Shown piece by piece: positions 22,591-32,255 of a stretch of 64,000 nt of DNA; the first letter of the stretch is position 1; every line of letters begins with the position of its first letter. The translations under genes were made by a program, and so were the position numbers. The notes beneath the pieces were generated by a model. That model did not search any database. It worked only from the letters and a program-made list of their open reading frames with translations, and was not told the DNA's origin. This stretch comes from Candidatus Parcubacteria bacterium (GTDB taxonomy: Bacteria; Patescibacteriota; Minisyncoccia; UBA6257; HR35): assembly GCA_026004495.1 (NCBI GenBank), contig BPJG01000001.1, positions 432,527 through 496,526 on the forward strand, written 5' to 3'.

Positions 22591-23143
22591 AAAAAGATTG
22601 TTTATAGCCCTACCTCTTACTTCAGGTGTTTATCCTAAAATTAAAAAATTAGAAAAAGAAATTGATAAGAAAATTAAAACTAATTGGATTCCACTTAATA
22701 ATTTACATTTAACTTTAATATTTTTAGGTTTAATCGATTTAAATTATTTACATAAAATTATTAAAATTTTTGAACAGACTATTATAGAAAATAATGATTT
22801 TTTTAAATTGAGTTATTTAAAAATAAGCAAAATAGATTATGGTCCTCCAGGTAAAAAAAGAATGATTTGGTTGTATATTAACAAAAATGATAAATTAATA
22901 AAAATGAAAAAAATTTTGGAGACTAATTTAATAAAAAATGAAATAAAATTTCAGAAAGAAAATAGGGAATTTTTGCCACATATTAATTTAGCCAGAATTA
23001 AAGAAAATGAAAACTTACCCTTAATTGAAAAAGAATTAAAATGGGAAATTGCGTTTAATAAGATTTGTCTTTATGAAAGTTATTTAGATAAACCCTTTGC
23101 TCGTTATGAGATTTTATCTTCAGTTAGGCTTTTATCTTCTTGA
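22577..23143 (+). CDS. thpR: RNA 2',3'-cyclic phosphodiesterase (2H family, LigT/ThpR)
   Basis: RLFIAL, HLTLIFLG, FLPHINLAR, LYESYL. Confidence 0.88.
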   Translation: MKLDKKRLFIALPLTSGVYPKIKKLEKEIDKKIKTNWIPLNNLHLTLIFLGLIDLNYLHKIIKIFEQTIIENNDFFKLSYLKISKIDYGPPGKKRMIWLYINKNDKLIKMKKILETNLIKNEIKFQKENREFLPHINLARIKENENLPLIEKELKWEIAFNKICLYESYLDKPFARYEILSSVRLLSS

Positions 23144-23484
23144 ATTAAAGAATTATCTGTTTTTTCTTCTTTGATATTTTTTAATTGGTTAATATTTTTT
23201 TCTGCCCATAATTGCCATCTTAAAAAATGAATTTTTGATATTTGAAATAATTTTATTAATAAATTAATAAAAAATTCAATAATCCAATTATAAAAATTAG
23301 ATACTTGCCAGTTTATTCTAATTTTTTTTTCTAAATGATATAACTTTAAATAATCTTTAGGCAAAATTTTAATTTTTTTTATTTTTAAATTGAGATAAGT
23401 AATAACTAATAATAATATTAAAAGAGCTACTAGAGGTGAAAGATAATAGAAAATATTATTAAAAAAGATTAATTGGCTAATCAT
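23104..23484 (-). CDS. Hypothetical membrane protein
   Basis: 126-aa ORF overlapping the tsf stop; N-terminal TM helix. Confidence 0.55.
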   Translation of the reverse strand: MISQLIFFNNIFYYLSPLVALLILLLVITYLNLKIKKIKILPKDYLKLYHLEKKIRINWQVSNFYNWIIEFFINLLIKLFQISKIHFLRWQLWAEKNINQLKNIKEEKTDNSLIQEDKSLTEDKIS

Positions 23485-24067
23485 TAATACTTAAACGAAT
23501 AAATCTTTTAATTTCTATTTTCTCACCAAATTTATTAACTGCTTGATGGATTAAATCTTTTATTTTTAAATTTTCATCTTTAAAATAAAACTGATCCATT
23601 AAGCATACCTCTTCATACCATTTTTGTAGCTTGTTTTCTATTATTTTATTTTTTATTTCTTGTGGCTTATCTTTAAATTCTTCTTCAAATTCTCTTATTT
23701 TGTCATTTATTATTTCTTCAGGTATTTTATCTGAAGATAAATATTTTGGATTCATGGTAGCTATTTGGATGGCTATTTCATGAGCTAATTTTTTAAATTC
23801 ATCACTTCTAGCAACAAAGTCAGTTTGGCATCTTAAATCAATTAGAGAAGCAACTCGGCCATTAAAATGAATATAACCTTCAATTATCCCATTATTACTG
23901 AGATTATCACTTTTTTTATTAATTAAATATTCTCCCTTTTTGATAATATATTTTTTAGCTAATTCTAAATCACCATTACTTTGTTCAAGTGCCTCTTTGC
24001 ATAAATTAATAGGAGCCGAAGTTTCTTCTCTTATTTTTTTTATTTTTTCTATTAATTCTTTATCCAT
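23477..24067 (-). CDS. tsf: Elongation factor Ts (short form)
   Basis: IKKIREETSAPINLCKEAL, LRCQTDFVARS, IAIQIATMNP. Confidence 0.96.
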   Translation of the reverse strand: MDKELIEKIKKIREETSAPINLCKEALEQSNGDLELAKKYIIKKGEYLINKKSDNLSNNGIIEGYIHFNGRVASLIDLRCQTDFVARSDEFKKLAHEIAIQIATMNPKYLSSDKIPEEIINDKIREFEEEFKDKPQEIKNKIIENKLQKWYEEVCLMDQFYFKDENLKIKDLIHQAVNKFGEKIEIKRFIRLSIND

Positions 24068-24073
24068 TTTTAT

Positions 24074-24784
24074 TTATTTTTTAATTAAATTAATTAATGA
24101 AGAAATTATAAAGTTTATACTTTTAGGAGCTTTATCATTGGCAGGTATAAAAGAAAAAATTTTGCTAATATCATTATCAGATCCTGCTAAAGCTATAATA
24201 GGAATATTTTTTTTGATTGCTTCACGATAAGCTGTTTTATGGTTTTTAAAATTTAAATCTACTATAAATATATAATCAGGAAGGCTATTTAGATTTAGTA
24301 AGCCATAATATATTTTTTTCATTTTTTCTAATTCTTTTTTAATTTTTTGTCTCTCATAAGTAGGCAATTCTTCTAATTCTTTTGTTTCTTCTTTTTTTAA
24401 TAATTCTTTAAAGTAAGTTAGTCTCTTATAAATAGTTTCAAAGTTAGTTAATAATCCACCAGTCCATTTATAATTTATATAAGGCATATTAAATTTCTGA
24501 GCTATATCTTTAATTGCCTTTTCTGAACTAGGCTTGGTTCCAACAAATAAAATAATTTTATTTTCTGTAATTATTTTTTTAATTGAATTAGCGACTTCAT
24601 TTAATTTTTCAACTGTTTTTTTTAAATTAAAAAATTCAATATTACTATTTTTTGACCTTAATAAATATTTTTTCATTGAAGGATGTGTAAATCTCTTAGC
24701 TCTACCATAATGACAACCGTTTTCTAAAAAATCTTTATATTTTTTATTTTCTTGTTTATTATTATTTTCTTGATTATTTGTCAT
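24074..24784 (-). CDS. rpsB: 30S ribosomal protein S2
   Basis: GCHYG, ILFVGTK, KWTGGLLTNF, IPANDKA; upstream of tsf. Confidence 0.96.
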   Translation of the reverse strand: MTNNQENNNKQENKKYKDFLENGCHYGRAKRFTHPSMKKYLLRSKNSNIEFFNLKKTVEKLNEVANSIKKIITENKIILFVGTKPSSEKAIKDIAQKFNMPYINYKWTGGLLTNFETIYKRLTYFKELLKKEETKELEELPTYERQKIKKELEKMKKIYYGLLNLNSLPDYIFIVDLNFKNHKTAYREAIKKNIPIIALAGSDNDISKIFSFIPANDKAPKSINFIISSLINLIKK

Positions 24785-24855
24785 TTTAATATTATAATTT
24801 AAATATTAATTTTACTAATTTCTTAATTTTAGTAATTTTAAACCATTTTTAAAAA

Positions 24856-25053
24856 ATGAAAAATAATATTCATCCTAAATATTTTAAGGCAATTGTTAAA
24901 TGTTCCTGCGGTCAATCTTATGAAGTTTATTCTACCCTTAAAGAAATTACTGTTGAAATGTGTAAAAATTGCTCTCCAATATTTATTGGTACAGAAGAAA
25001 AAAGAGTTGTTACTGGACAAGTAGAAAAGTTTAGAAAAAAATATAAAAAATAA
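24856..25053 (+). CDS. rpmE: 50S ribosomal protein L31 (Zn-binding type)
   Basis: MKNNIHPKY..CSCG..CKNCSPIFIG..GQVEKF. Confidence 0.95.
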   Translation: MKNNIHPKYFKAIVKCSCGQSYEVYSTLKEITVEMCKNCSPIFIGTEEKRVVTGQVEKFRKKYKK

Positions 25054-25087
25054 TTACTAAATAACATTTTAACCAATAAAGAATAAA

Positions 25088-25840
25088 ATGCAAATAGATG
25101 AAATTAATAATTTTGATATTAACAGCGTTATTCTTGAAATTAGACCAGGGGTTGGCGGTGAAGAAGCTTCTTTATTTGCCAGAGATCTATGGCGAATGTA
25201 TTTTAAATTCTTTGAAAAAAATAATTTTAGGGTAATTGTTTATGATGAAGAAAAGACAAATTTAGGTGGTTTAAAAAATTTAATAGCTGAAGTAAGGGGA
25301 AATAATATTTATAATCTATTAAAAAACGAAGCGGGAGTTCATAGAGTTCAACGTATTCCTATAACCGAAAAGGGAGGCAGAATCCATACTTCTACTGCTT
25401 CGGTTGCAATTTTACCTAAATTTAATATAAAAACCGGAGAAATTAAGGAAAGTGATTTAGAGATAGAATTTTATCGTGCCTCAGGACCTGGCGGTCAAAA
25501 TGTAAATAAAGTAGAAACAGCAGTAAGAATTCTTCACAAACCAACAGGTATTATAGTTAATTGTCAATCAGAAAGAACTCAGCAAAGAAATAAAGAAATT
25601 GCTCTTCAGATACTAAAATCAAAATTATGGCAAAAAGAACAGGAACAAATTTATAATAAAATAACAAGCGAAAGAAAAAAACAAATAGGACATCAAGATC
25701 GTTCAGAGAAAATTAGAACCTATAATTTTGTTCAAAATAGAATAACTGACCATCGTTTATCTAAAAGTTGGTACAATTTGGATAATATTTTAGAAGGCAA
25801 TTTAGATCCAATTATAAAGAGTTTTCAAAAAGATTTTTAA
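25088..25840 (+). CDS. prfA: Peptide chain release factor 1, lacking the N-terminal domain
   Basis: [24 protein letters not shown] (PxT motif), [18 protein letters not shown]; follows rpmE. Confidence 0.9.
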   Translation: MQIDEINNFDINSVILEIRPGVGGEEASLFARDLWRMYFKFFEKNNFRVIVYDEEKTNLGGLKNLIAEVRGNNIYNLLKNEAGVHRVQRIPITEKGGRIHTSTASVAILPKFNIKTGEIKESDLEIEFYRASGPGGQNVNKVETAVRILHKPTGIIVNCQSERTQQRNKEIALQILKSKLWQKEQEQIYNKITSERKKQIGHQDRSEKIRTYNFVQNRITDHRLSKSWYNLDNILEGNLDPIIKSFQKDF

Positions 25841-25879
25841 AAAATTATACCTTAGAAAAATTTTTAATATTTAATTTTA

Positions 25880-26002
25880 ATGGGAGAAAAAGAAAAAATA
25901 CTTTTAATAATCTACTATATTATTGCCATATTTTTTTTATGGCTATTTACTAATCCTGATTTTTGGAATATTATTCTGAAAACAATATTTAAAAAAATTT
26001 AA
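25880..26002 (+). CDS. Putative 40-aa membrane microprotein (not in ORF track)
   Basis: MGEKEKILLIIYYIIAIFFLWLFTNPDFWNIILKTIFKKI*; ends 2 nt before the trxB ATG. Confidence 0.5.
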   Translation: MGEKEKILLIIYYIIAIFFLWLFTNPDFWNIILKTIFKKI

Positions 26003-26004
26003 AA

Positions 26005-26919
26005 ATGATTTATCAGTCAATTATATTGGGAATTTCAGCTGCGGGTATTAGTGCTGGTATATATCTTAAAAGAAGGGGTGTAAATTTTATTATGATTGGA
26101 AGGGATATAGGAGGCGAATTATCTCTTTCGGGTATAGTAGAAAATTACCCTGGATTTCTAAAAATAAATGGGTTAGAATTAGCCAAAAAATTTAAACAAC
26201 ACTTAGATTATTATAAAATTAGTTATTTTTTAGAAACAGTTGAAGGCATTGAAAAAATTAATCATATTTTTAAAGTAAAAACTAATAAAAATTATTATGA
26301 GTCAAAATCAATTATTATTGCTACCGGAACCCAACCCAAAAAACTTAATATCCCAGGAGAAAAAAAATTCTATCATAAAGGATTAAGTTATTGTAGTGTT
26401 TGTGATTTGCCGTTATTTAAAAATAGAATTGTAGCTATTGTTGGTGGTGGTAATTCAGCCCTCGAAGCAGGTTTAATGGCTAGCGATATTTGTAAGATGG
26501 CTTATATAATAAATAAAAATCCTAAATTTAAAGGAGATGATATTTTAATTAATGAATTGAATAAAAAGAATAATGTAAAAATAATCTACAATTCTTTAAC
26601 AAAGGAAATTTATGGAGATAAATTTGTTAAGGGATTAAAATATTTAAATACAGAAAATAATAAATTAGAAGAATTAAATATTGATGGTGTTTTTATCCAT
26701 ATCGGCTTAAAACCAAATAGTGAATTTATTCCCAATTCTTGGGAAATAAAAAATAATTTTGGCGAGATTGTTATTAATGAATTGGGAGAAACTAAAATTA
26801 ATGGTTGTTTTGCTGCTGGCGATGTAACTAATATTCCTTACAAACAAATTGGAATTGCAGTTGGTCAAGGAATTATTGCTGCTCTTTCAAATATTAAATT
26901 TTTAAATAATAGTTCTTAA
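26005..26919 (+). CDS. trxB: Thioredoxin reductase (TrxB/AhpF-C-like)
   Basis: VENYPG, CSVCD redox motif, VGGGNSA, FAAGDVT..KQI..AVGQG. Confidence 0.88.
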   Translation: MIYQSIILGISAAGISAGIYLKRRGVNFIMIGRDIGGELSLSGIVENYPGFLKINGLELAKKFKQHLDYYKISYFLETVEGIEKINHIFKVKTNKNYYESKSIIIATGTQPKKLNIPGEKKFYHKGLSYCSVCDLPLFKNRIVAIVGGGNSALEAGLMASDICKMAYIINKNPKFKGDDILINELNKKNNVKIIYNSLTKEIYGDKFVKGLKYLNTENNKLEELNIDGVFIHIGLKPNSEFIPNSWEIKNNFGEIVINELGETKINGCFAAGDVTNIPYKQIGIAVGQGIIAALSNIKFLNNSS

Positions 26920-26932
26920 GGGTTAATAATTT

Positions 26933-28495
26933 TTACCAATTAAATTTCTTTATTAAGCTAACTCCTTCCATTTCTTGAGGTATAGGCAAATTTAAGATTT
27001 CTAAGATAGTAGGCGCTATATCTATTAGAGTTCCAATTATTTCCTTTTCTTTTCTTTTAAGATCGTAATTTTTATTTTCTAAATATAAATTTTTATTTAC
27101 TAGATAAAAAGGAACGGGGTTAATATTATGACTAGTTTCTGCCTCACCTGTTTGGATATCAATCATTTGTTCTAAATTTCCATGGTCACTAGTAATTATT
27201 AGAAAATAATCTTTTTCAATTATCTTTTCATAAACTTTTCTTAAATAAAAATCAATTTTTTCTACCACCTGAATTGCTAAGTTAATATTTCCAGTATGAG
27301 CAACTATATCAGGAGCGGCATAATTAACAGCGATAAAATCATAAATATTTTCATTAATAGCATTAATTAAAATATTAGTAATTTCTTCAGAATTAATCAA
27401 GGGGTTTTCAAATATTGATTTTTGAGAAGATGGCAAAATTTTCCAAAATTCATTAGGATGAGGATCTTTAAATAAACCATTGAAATAGTAAGTTAAATGA
27501 TAAGCCTTAACTTTTTCAGCTATTTTTAATTGAGTTAAATTATTTTCTGAAATAACCTTTGAAAGAGAAGTAGTTATTTTATCTTTTTCAAATGCTACCA
27601 AATAATCAATATCTTCAAAATATTTTACCATTGAAGCAATTAAAATATTTTTTTTAATTGGCCTAGGAAAAAAAGAAAACTCTGGATCGATAAAGGCTCG
27701 GCTTAATTGGTATATTCCATCTTCTCGAAAATTAAAGAAGAAAATAGCATCATTATCTTTAACGATTCCATTTTCGTCGATAACTAAAGGTTCTAAATTT
27801 TCATCATTAAAATCACTGTTTGTTATATATATATTGCTCAAATATTTAATCGGGTCATCAATTTTTTTACCTTTACCTTCATTAATTAAATAAAAGGCAA
27901 CTTCAGTTTTTATTTGCCAATATTCATTTTTATCCATTCCATAAGTCCTACCACATAAAGTTGCTATTTTGCCAACTTTTTTAGCTTGCATTTCATGTAA
28001 CAATCTTTTTAATAAATCTACTCCAGATTTAGGTTGACTATCTCTGCCATCTAAAAATAAATGTAGGTAAACACGATTGAAATTATTTCGTGAACAAAAT
28101 TCTAATAAGGCAACTAGATGTTCAAAGGCAGCATGAATAATGCCCGAAGTCAATAAACCGATAAAATGAAGATTGCTTGAAAACTTGTTGCAATATTCAA
28201 TGAGTAATTTTAATGTTTTATTTTCAAAAAAACTTTCATTTTTGATACTTAATGTTATTTTGGGATAACTTTGATAATAAACCCTACCCGTTCCCATTGT
28301 TAAATGTCCTACTTCACTATTGCCTTCTTCTTCCCAAGGTAATCCTACTGCGATACCTGAGGCTTGAAGAAGAGAATAGGGATAATGATTTTGCAAATAA
28401 ACTAAAAAATCTTTTTTGGCTATATGAATAGGATTAGAAAAGTTTTCTTTTCCTACGCCCCAGCCATCTAAAATTATTAAAGCAATCTTACGCAT
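26933..28495 (-). CDS. gpmI: 2,3-BPG-independent phosphoglycerate mutase
   Basis: LIILDGWG, GNSEVGH, DGRD, NFRED, PDIVAHTG, TSDHGN. Confidence 0.95.
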   Translation of the reverse strand: MRKIALIILDGWGVGKENFSNPIHIAKKDFLVYLQNHYPYSLLQASGIAVGLPWEEEGNSEVGHLTMGTGRVYYQSYPKITLSIKNESFFENKTLKLLIEYCNKFSSNLHFIGLLTSGIIHAAFEHLVALLEFCSRNNFNRVYLHLFLDGRDSQPKSGVDLLKRLLHEMQAKKVGKIATLCGRTYGMDKNEYWQIKTEVAFYLINEGKGKKIDDPIKYLSNIYITNSDFNDENLEPLVIDENGIVKDNDAIFFFNFREDGIYQLSRAFIDPEFSFFPRPIKKNILIASMVKYFEDIDYLVAFEKDKITTSLSKVISENNLTQLKIAEKVKAYHLTYYFNGLFKDPHPNEFWKILPSSQKSIFENPLINSEEITNILINAINENIYDFIAVNYAAPDIVAHTGNINLAIQVVEKIDFYLRKVYEKIIEKDYFLIITSDHGNLEQMIDIQTGEAETSHNINPVPFYLVNKNLYLENKNYDLKRKEKEIIGTLIDIAPTILEILNLPIPQEMEGVSLIKKFNW

Positions 28496-28640
28496 AAATA
28501 AATAAAAAATAATTACAAATATATTTTTAAAATTTTTAACTTTTGTGTTATAATTTTTTTATTTATCATAATATAAATTTTATTTATTACTATATAAACC
28601 TCAAAAATGAAGGCCGTAATTTCTAAAAAAAATTATATAA

Positions 28641-30167
28641 ATGAATATATATATTACCCTCGAAAAAATAATTATTTTTATTATTGGGTTACTTTTAGGT
28701 TTTTTAATAAGATATATTTTAGCATATTTTCGCGCTAGTTTTTTAGAGTCTCAACTTAAACAAAAAATTGATGATTTAAAGAAAAGGGAAAAAGAGATAA
28801 TTTTAGAAGCTGAAAAAAAATCATTAGAAATTTTGGAAAATACAAGATTGGAAAGGGAAAATATTCTAAAAGATTTGAGGACTAGAGAGGAAAGAATTGC
28901 AAATAGAGAAAATATTTTAGATATTAAAGAAAGAGAATTAAATGAAGAAAAGATAACTCTAAAAAATAAAATTTCTGAGTTAGAAATCAAAGAGCAAGAA
29001 CTTAAAAAAACTCGAGATTTTTATGAAAAACAGTTAGAAGAGTTAAGTGGTTTTTCTAAAGAAGAAGCTTTAAATTTATTATTTAATAAAATAGAAAAAG
29101 ATAATGAACAAATATTAGTTCAAAGAATTAGTAAGCTTTTAAGATATCAAAAAGAAGAAATAGAGCAGAAAGCAAATGAAATTATTATTAGTAACTTACC
29201 CAGGTATAGTCGTTCGGTAGCAAATGAAATTAACTTAAGTATTGTTTCTTTGCCGAGTGGGGAGATGAAAGGTAGAATAATAGGTAAAGAGGGTAGAAAT
29301 ATACGTTATTTTGAAAAATTAAGTGGAGTTCAAATAATTATTGATGAGACACCAGAAATAGTAACAATTTCTTCCTTTGATCCTATTCGAAGAGAAATTG
29401 CTAAAATTGCACTAGAAAGATTAATTCAAGATGGCAGAATAAATCCTTCATCAATTGAAGAAGCTTTAATTTTTGCCAAGGAAAAAATTGAAGAAGATAT
29501 CAAAAATTCGGGCAAAAATGCTGCTTTAGAATTGGGGATTTTAGATTTACCTGAAGAAATTATTTATCTTATGGGAAAATTAAAATTTAGATATAGCTAT
29601 GGCCAAAATGTTCTGCAGCATTCAATTGAGGTAGGCTTTTTTTCTCGGATGATTGCTGATGAGCTTAAATTAAATTCAGAAATCGCTAAAAAAGCTGGCT
29701 TTTTGCATGATATTGGTAAATCTGTGAGCCATGAGATAGAAGGTTCACACCTTGAAATTGGTATTAAAATTTTAGAGAAATATAATATAGATGAAAAAAT
29801 AATTTTAGCTATGAAATCGCATCATGAAACTTATCCCTTTTTAATTCCTGAAGCTTATGTAGTTTTAGCAGCTGATGTGATTTCAGCTAAAAGATTAGGG
29901 GCTCGCTCTGAAACTCTAGAAGCTTATCTTCAAAGATTAGAAAATCTTGAAAAAATTGCTTTAAGCTTTGAAGGTGTGGATAAGGCTTATTCTATAAGTG
30001 GCGGTAGAGAAGTTTGGATTTTTGTTAAGCCTTCGGAAATTAGCGATTTAGAAATGATAAAATTAGCCCAAAATATAGCAAAAAAAATTGAAGAAGATTT
30101 AAGATACCCTGGTGAAATAAAGGTTGTCGTTATCAGAGAAAATAGGGCAATAGAATATGCGAGATAA
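28641..30167 (+). CDS. rny: Ribonuclease Y
   Basis: N-terminal TM plus coiled coil, KH motif KGRIIGKEGRNIR, HD motif LHDIGK, YPGEIKVVVIRE. Confidence 0.96.
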   Translation: MNIYITLEKIIIFIIGLLLGFLIRYILAYFRASFLESQLKQKIDDLKKREKEIILEAEKKSLEILENTRLERENILKDLRTREERIANRENILDIKERELNEEKITLKNKISELEIKEQELKKTRDFYEKQLEELSGFSKEEALNLLFNKIEKDNEQILVQRISKLLRYQKEEIEQKANEIIISNLPRYSRSVANEINLSIVSLPSGEMKGRIIGKEGRNIRYFEKLSGVQIIIDETPEIVTISSFDPIRREIAKIALERLIQDGRINPSSIEEALIFAKEKIEEDIKNSGKNAALELGILDLPEEIIYLMGKLKFRYSYGQNVLQHSIEVGFFSRMIADELKLNSEIAKKAGFLHDIGKSVSHEIEGSHLEIGIKILEKYNIDEKIILAMKSHHETYPFLIPEAYVVLAADVISAKRLGARSETLEAYLQRLENLEKIALSFEGVDKAYSISGGREVWIFVKPSEISDLEMIKLAQNIAKKIEEDLRYPGEIKVVVIRENRAIEYAR

Positions 30168-30242
30168 AATTTTAATTTTAATTGATTTGAGTTATAATAA
30201 ATAAATTTAACAGGTCGAATTAATGTTATTAAAATAATATCA

Positions 30243-30527
30243 ATGCAAAATACTATTAAAAGAGAAGTTTTAGCTCAAAAAATATCAGATAAATTTGATA
30301 TACCTAAAAAAACATCAGTCGAAATATTAAATTATTTTGTTGAATTAGTTGCTAGTAATTTAAAAAGCGGCAACAAAATAAAATTACCAGGTTTAGGGAC
30401 TTTTAAGGTTAGAGAAAGAAAGGCAAGAACAGCTATTAACCCTAAGACGGGAGAAAAAATAACTGTTCCTGCTACTAAAGTTCCTAAATTTACACCAGCT
30501 AAAGAGTTAAAAGCTTTATTCAAATAA
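30243..30527 (+). CDS. hup: HU DNA-binding protein
   Basis: LPGLGTFKVRERKARTAINPKTGE..VPKFTPAKELK. Confidence 0.95.
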   Translation: MQNTIKREVLAQKISDKFDIPKKTSVEILNYFVELVASNLKSGNKIKLPGLGTFKVRERKARTAINPKTGEKITVPATKVPKFTPAKELKALFK

Positions 30528-30581
30528 ATTCCAAGTTATAAAATAAAATCATTAATTAAAAAGATTTAAGGTTAAACCAAT

Positions 30582-30680
30582 ATGTTGAGGAAGATAAATA
30601 AGAAATTATTTCTATTTATTATAATAATTTTGGTAATCTTGAGTATGGTTTTTAGTTCCTTTATATTTATCTTTAGGTAA
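30582..30680 (+). CDS. Putative 32-aa single-TM microprotein (not in ORF track)
   Basis: MLRKINKKLFLFIIIILVILSMVFSSFIFIFR*; basic N-terminus followed by a hydrophobic helix. Confidence 0.5.
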   Translation: MLRKINKKLFLFIIIILVILSMVFSSFIFIFR

Positions 30681-30741
30681 GTTTTTAGATTTTAATTATT
30701 TTATCATTTTAGATAATATTTAGATAATAAATTTTTTACGG

Positions 30742-31308
30742 ATGGCTGGGATAAAAAATGACAGATGGATAAAATATATGGCTAGAAAGCATAAAATTAT
30801 TGAGCCTTTTGTTGAAAAGCTGGTTAAAAAAGGAAAGGTTTCTTATGGTCTTTCGAGTTATGGTTATGATATGAGAGTTGCTGATGAGTTTTATATTTTT
30901 CACAATGCTTATCCAACTGAAATTATTGATCCTAAAAATGCTAAAGAAAATTATTTTATTAAACATAAAGGTAAATTTTGTATAATTCCTCCTAATTCAT
31001 TTGTTTTAGCTCGTTCTTTAGAATATTTTCGTATTCCCAGAAATGTTATAGCAATTGTTTTAGGTAAATCAACCTATGCTCGTTGCGGAATTATTGTTAA
31101 TGTAACTCCCTTAGAAAGTGAATGGCAGGGCTATGTAACGATAGAAATTTCTAACACAACACCATTGCCAGCAAAAATTTATGCTAATGAAGGGATTGCT
31201 CAAGTTATTTTTTTAGAAGCTGATGAACCTTGTAAAATTTCTTATGCTGACCGTAATGGTAAATATCAAGGACAAAAGGGAATTGTTTTACCAAAAATTG
31301 ATAAATGA
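30742..31308 (+). CDS. dcd: dCTP deaminase
   Basis: [44 protein letters not shown]. Confidence 0.95.
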   Translation: MAGIKNDRWIKYMARKHKIIEPFVEKLVKKGKVSYGLSSYGYDMRVADEFYIFHNAYPTEIIDPKNAKENYFIKHKGKFCIIPPNSFVLARSLEYFRIPRNVIAIVLGKSTYARCGIIVNVTPLESEWQGYVTIEISNTTPLPAKIYANEGIAQVIFLEADEPCKISYADRNGKYQGQKGIVLPKIDK

Positions 31309-31724
31309 TTATTAAAAAATTGAATCAAAATCAATTTATATTAAGAATTGAACCAAATGAAGAATTATTTAGTTCTTTATTAAAATTTGCTGAAGAATAT
31401 AAAATCAAGTCAGGATTTTTTTATGGTATTGGCGCAAGTAAAAAATGTTCAATTGGAAGATATAATGAGAAGAAAAAAGATTATGATTGGTTTGAGATTA
31501 AAAAACAAATGGAAATTGGAAGCTTAATTGGCAATTTAACCTTAAAAGAAAATCATCATTATTTACATATTCACGCAACTTTAGGCGATAAAAATCTAAA
31601 AGCAATCTCAGGGCATTTGAAAAAAATTATAGTTTTTCCAACTTGTGAAATTATATTTTTTGAGTTTAAAAATAGAGTTAAAAGAGAATTTAATGAAATA
31701 ACTAACTTATATTTGATAAATTAG
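31305..31724 (+). CDS. PPC/DUF296 domain protein
   Basis: [27 protein letters not shown]. Confidence 0.85.
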   Translation: MIIKKLNQNQFILRIEPNEELFSSLLKFAEEYKIKSGFFYGIGASKKCSIGRYNEKKKDYDWFEIKKQMEIGSLIGNLTLKENHHYLHIHATLGDKNLKAISGHLKKIIVFPTCEIIFFEFKNRVKREFNEITNLYLIN

Positions 31725-31725
31725 A

Positions 31726-32163
31726 ATGTTTAAGTTAATAGATGAAACAATAATTAAATTTTTAAAAAAAATTTGGCAACCCTTATCCAAGATTTCTCTT
31801 TTTATTGTTTTCTTTTATTTTGGTTTTCTAAAAGTTTTAGGACTTAGTCCAGCAACTCCTTTAGTTGAAGCTTTGTTTCAAAAAACTTTAAATTTCTTTC
31901 CTTTTAGTTATTTTATTATTTTTTTTGGTTTATTTGAGATGCTTATTGGCTTAGCTTTCATTATTCCTCATTTAGAAAGACTAGCAATTTTTCTTTTAAT
32001 TATTCATATGATAACAACTTTTATGCCTTTAATTTTACTTCCTCAAATAAGTTGGCAAAAATTTTTAGTTCCAACCCTAGAAGGGCAATATATTATTAAA
32101 AATCTGGTTATAATTTCTTTAGCTTTTGTTATTGGCGCCCATCTTAGGATATTTAAATCTTAA
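31726..32163 (+). CDS. DoxX/DUF417-like membrane protein
   Basis: FYFGFLKVLGLSPA..LV, GLFEMLIG, PTLEGQYIIKNLV. Confidence 0.75.
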   Translation: MFKLIDETIIKFLKKIWQPLSKISLFIVFFYFGFLKVLGLSPATPLVEALFQKTLNFFPFSYFIIFFGLFEMLIGLAFIIPHLERLAIFLLIIHMITTFMPLILLPQISWQKFLVPTLEGQYIIKNLVIISLAFVIGAHLRIFKS

Positions 32164-32255
32164 TAAATTTAATATTAATATATTTTGCTTAATTATTTTT
32201 ATAAATTATTATATATTTTAAAACCATAATTTTCACATTAAAAAATATCCTAAAA

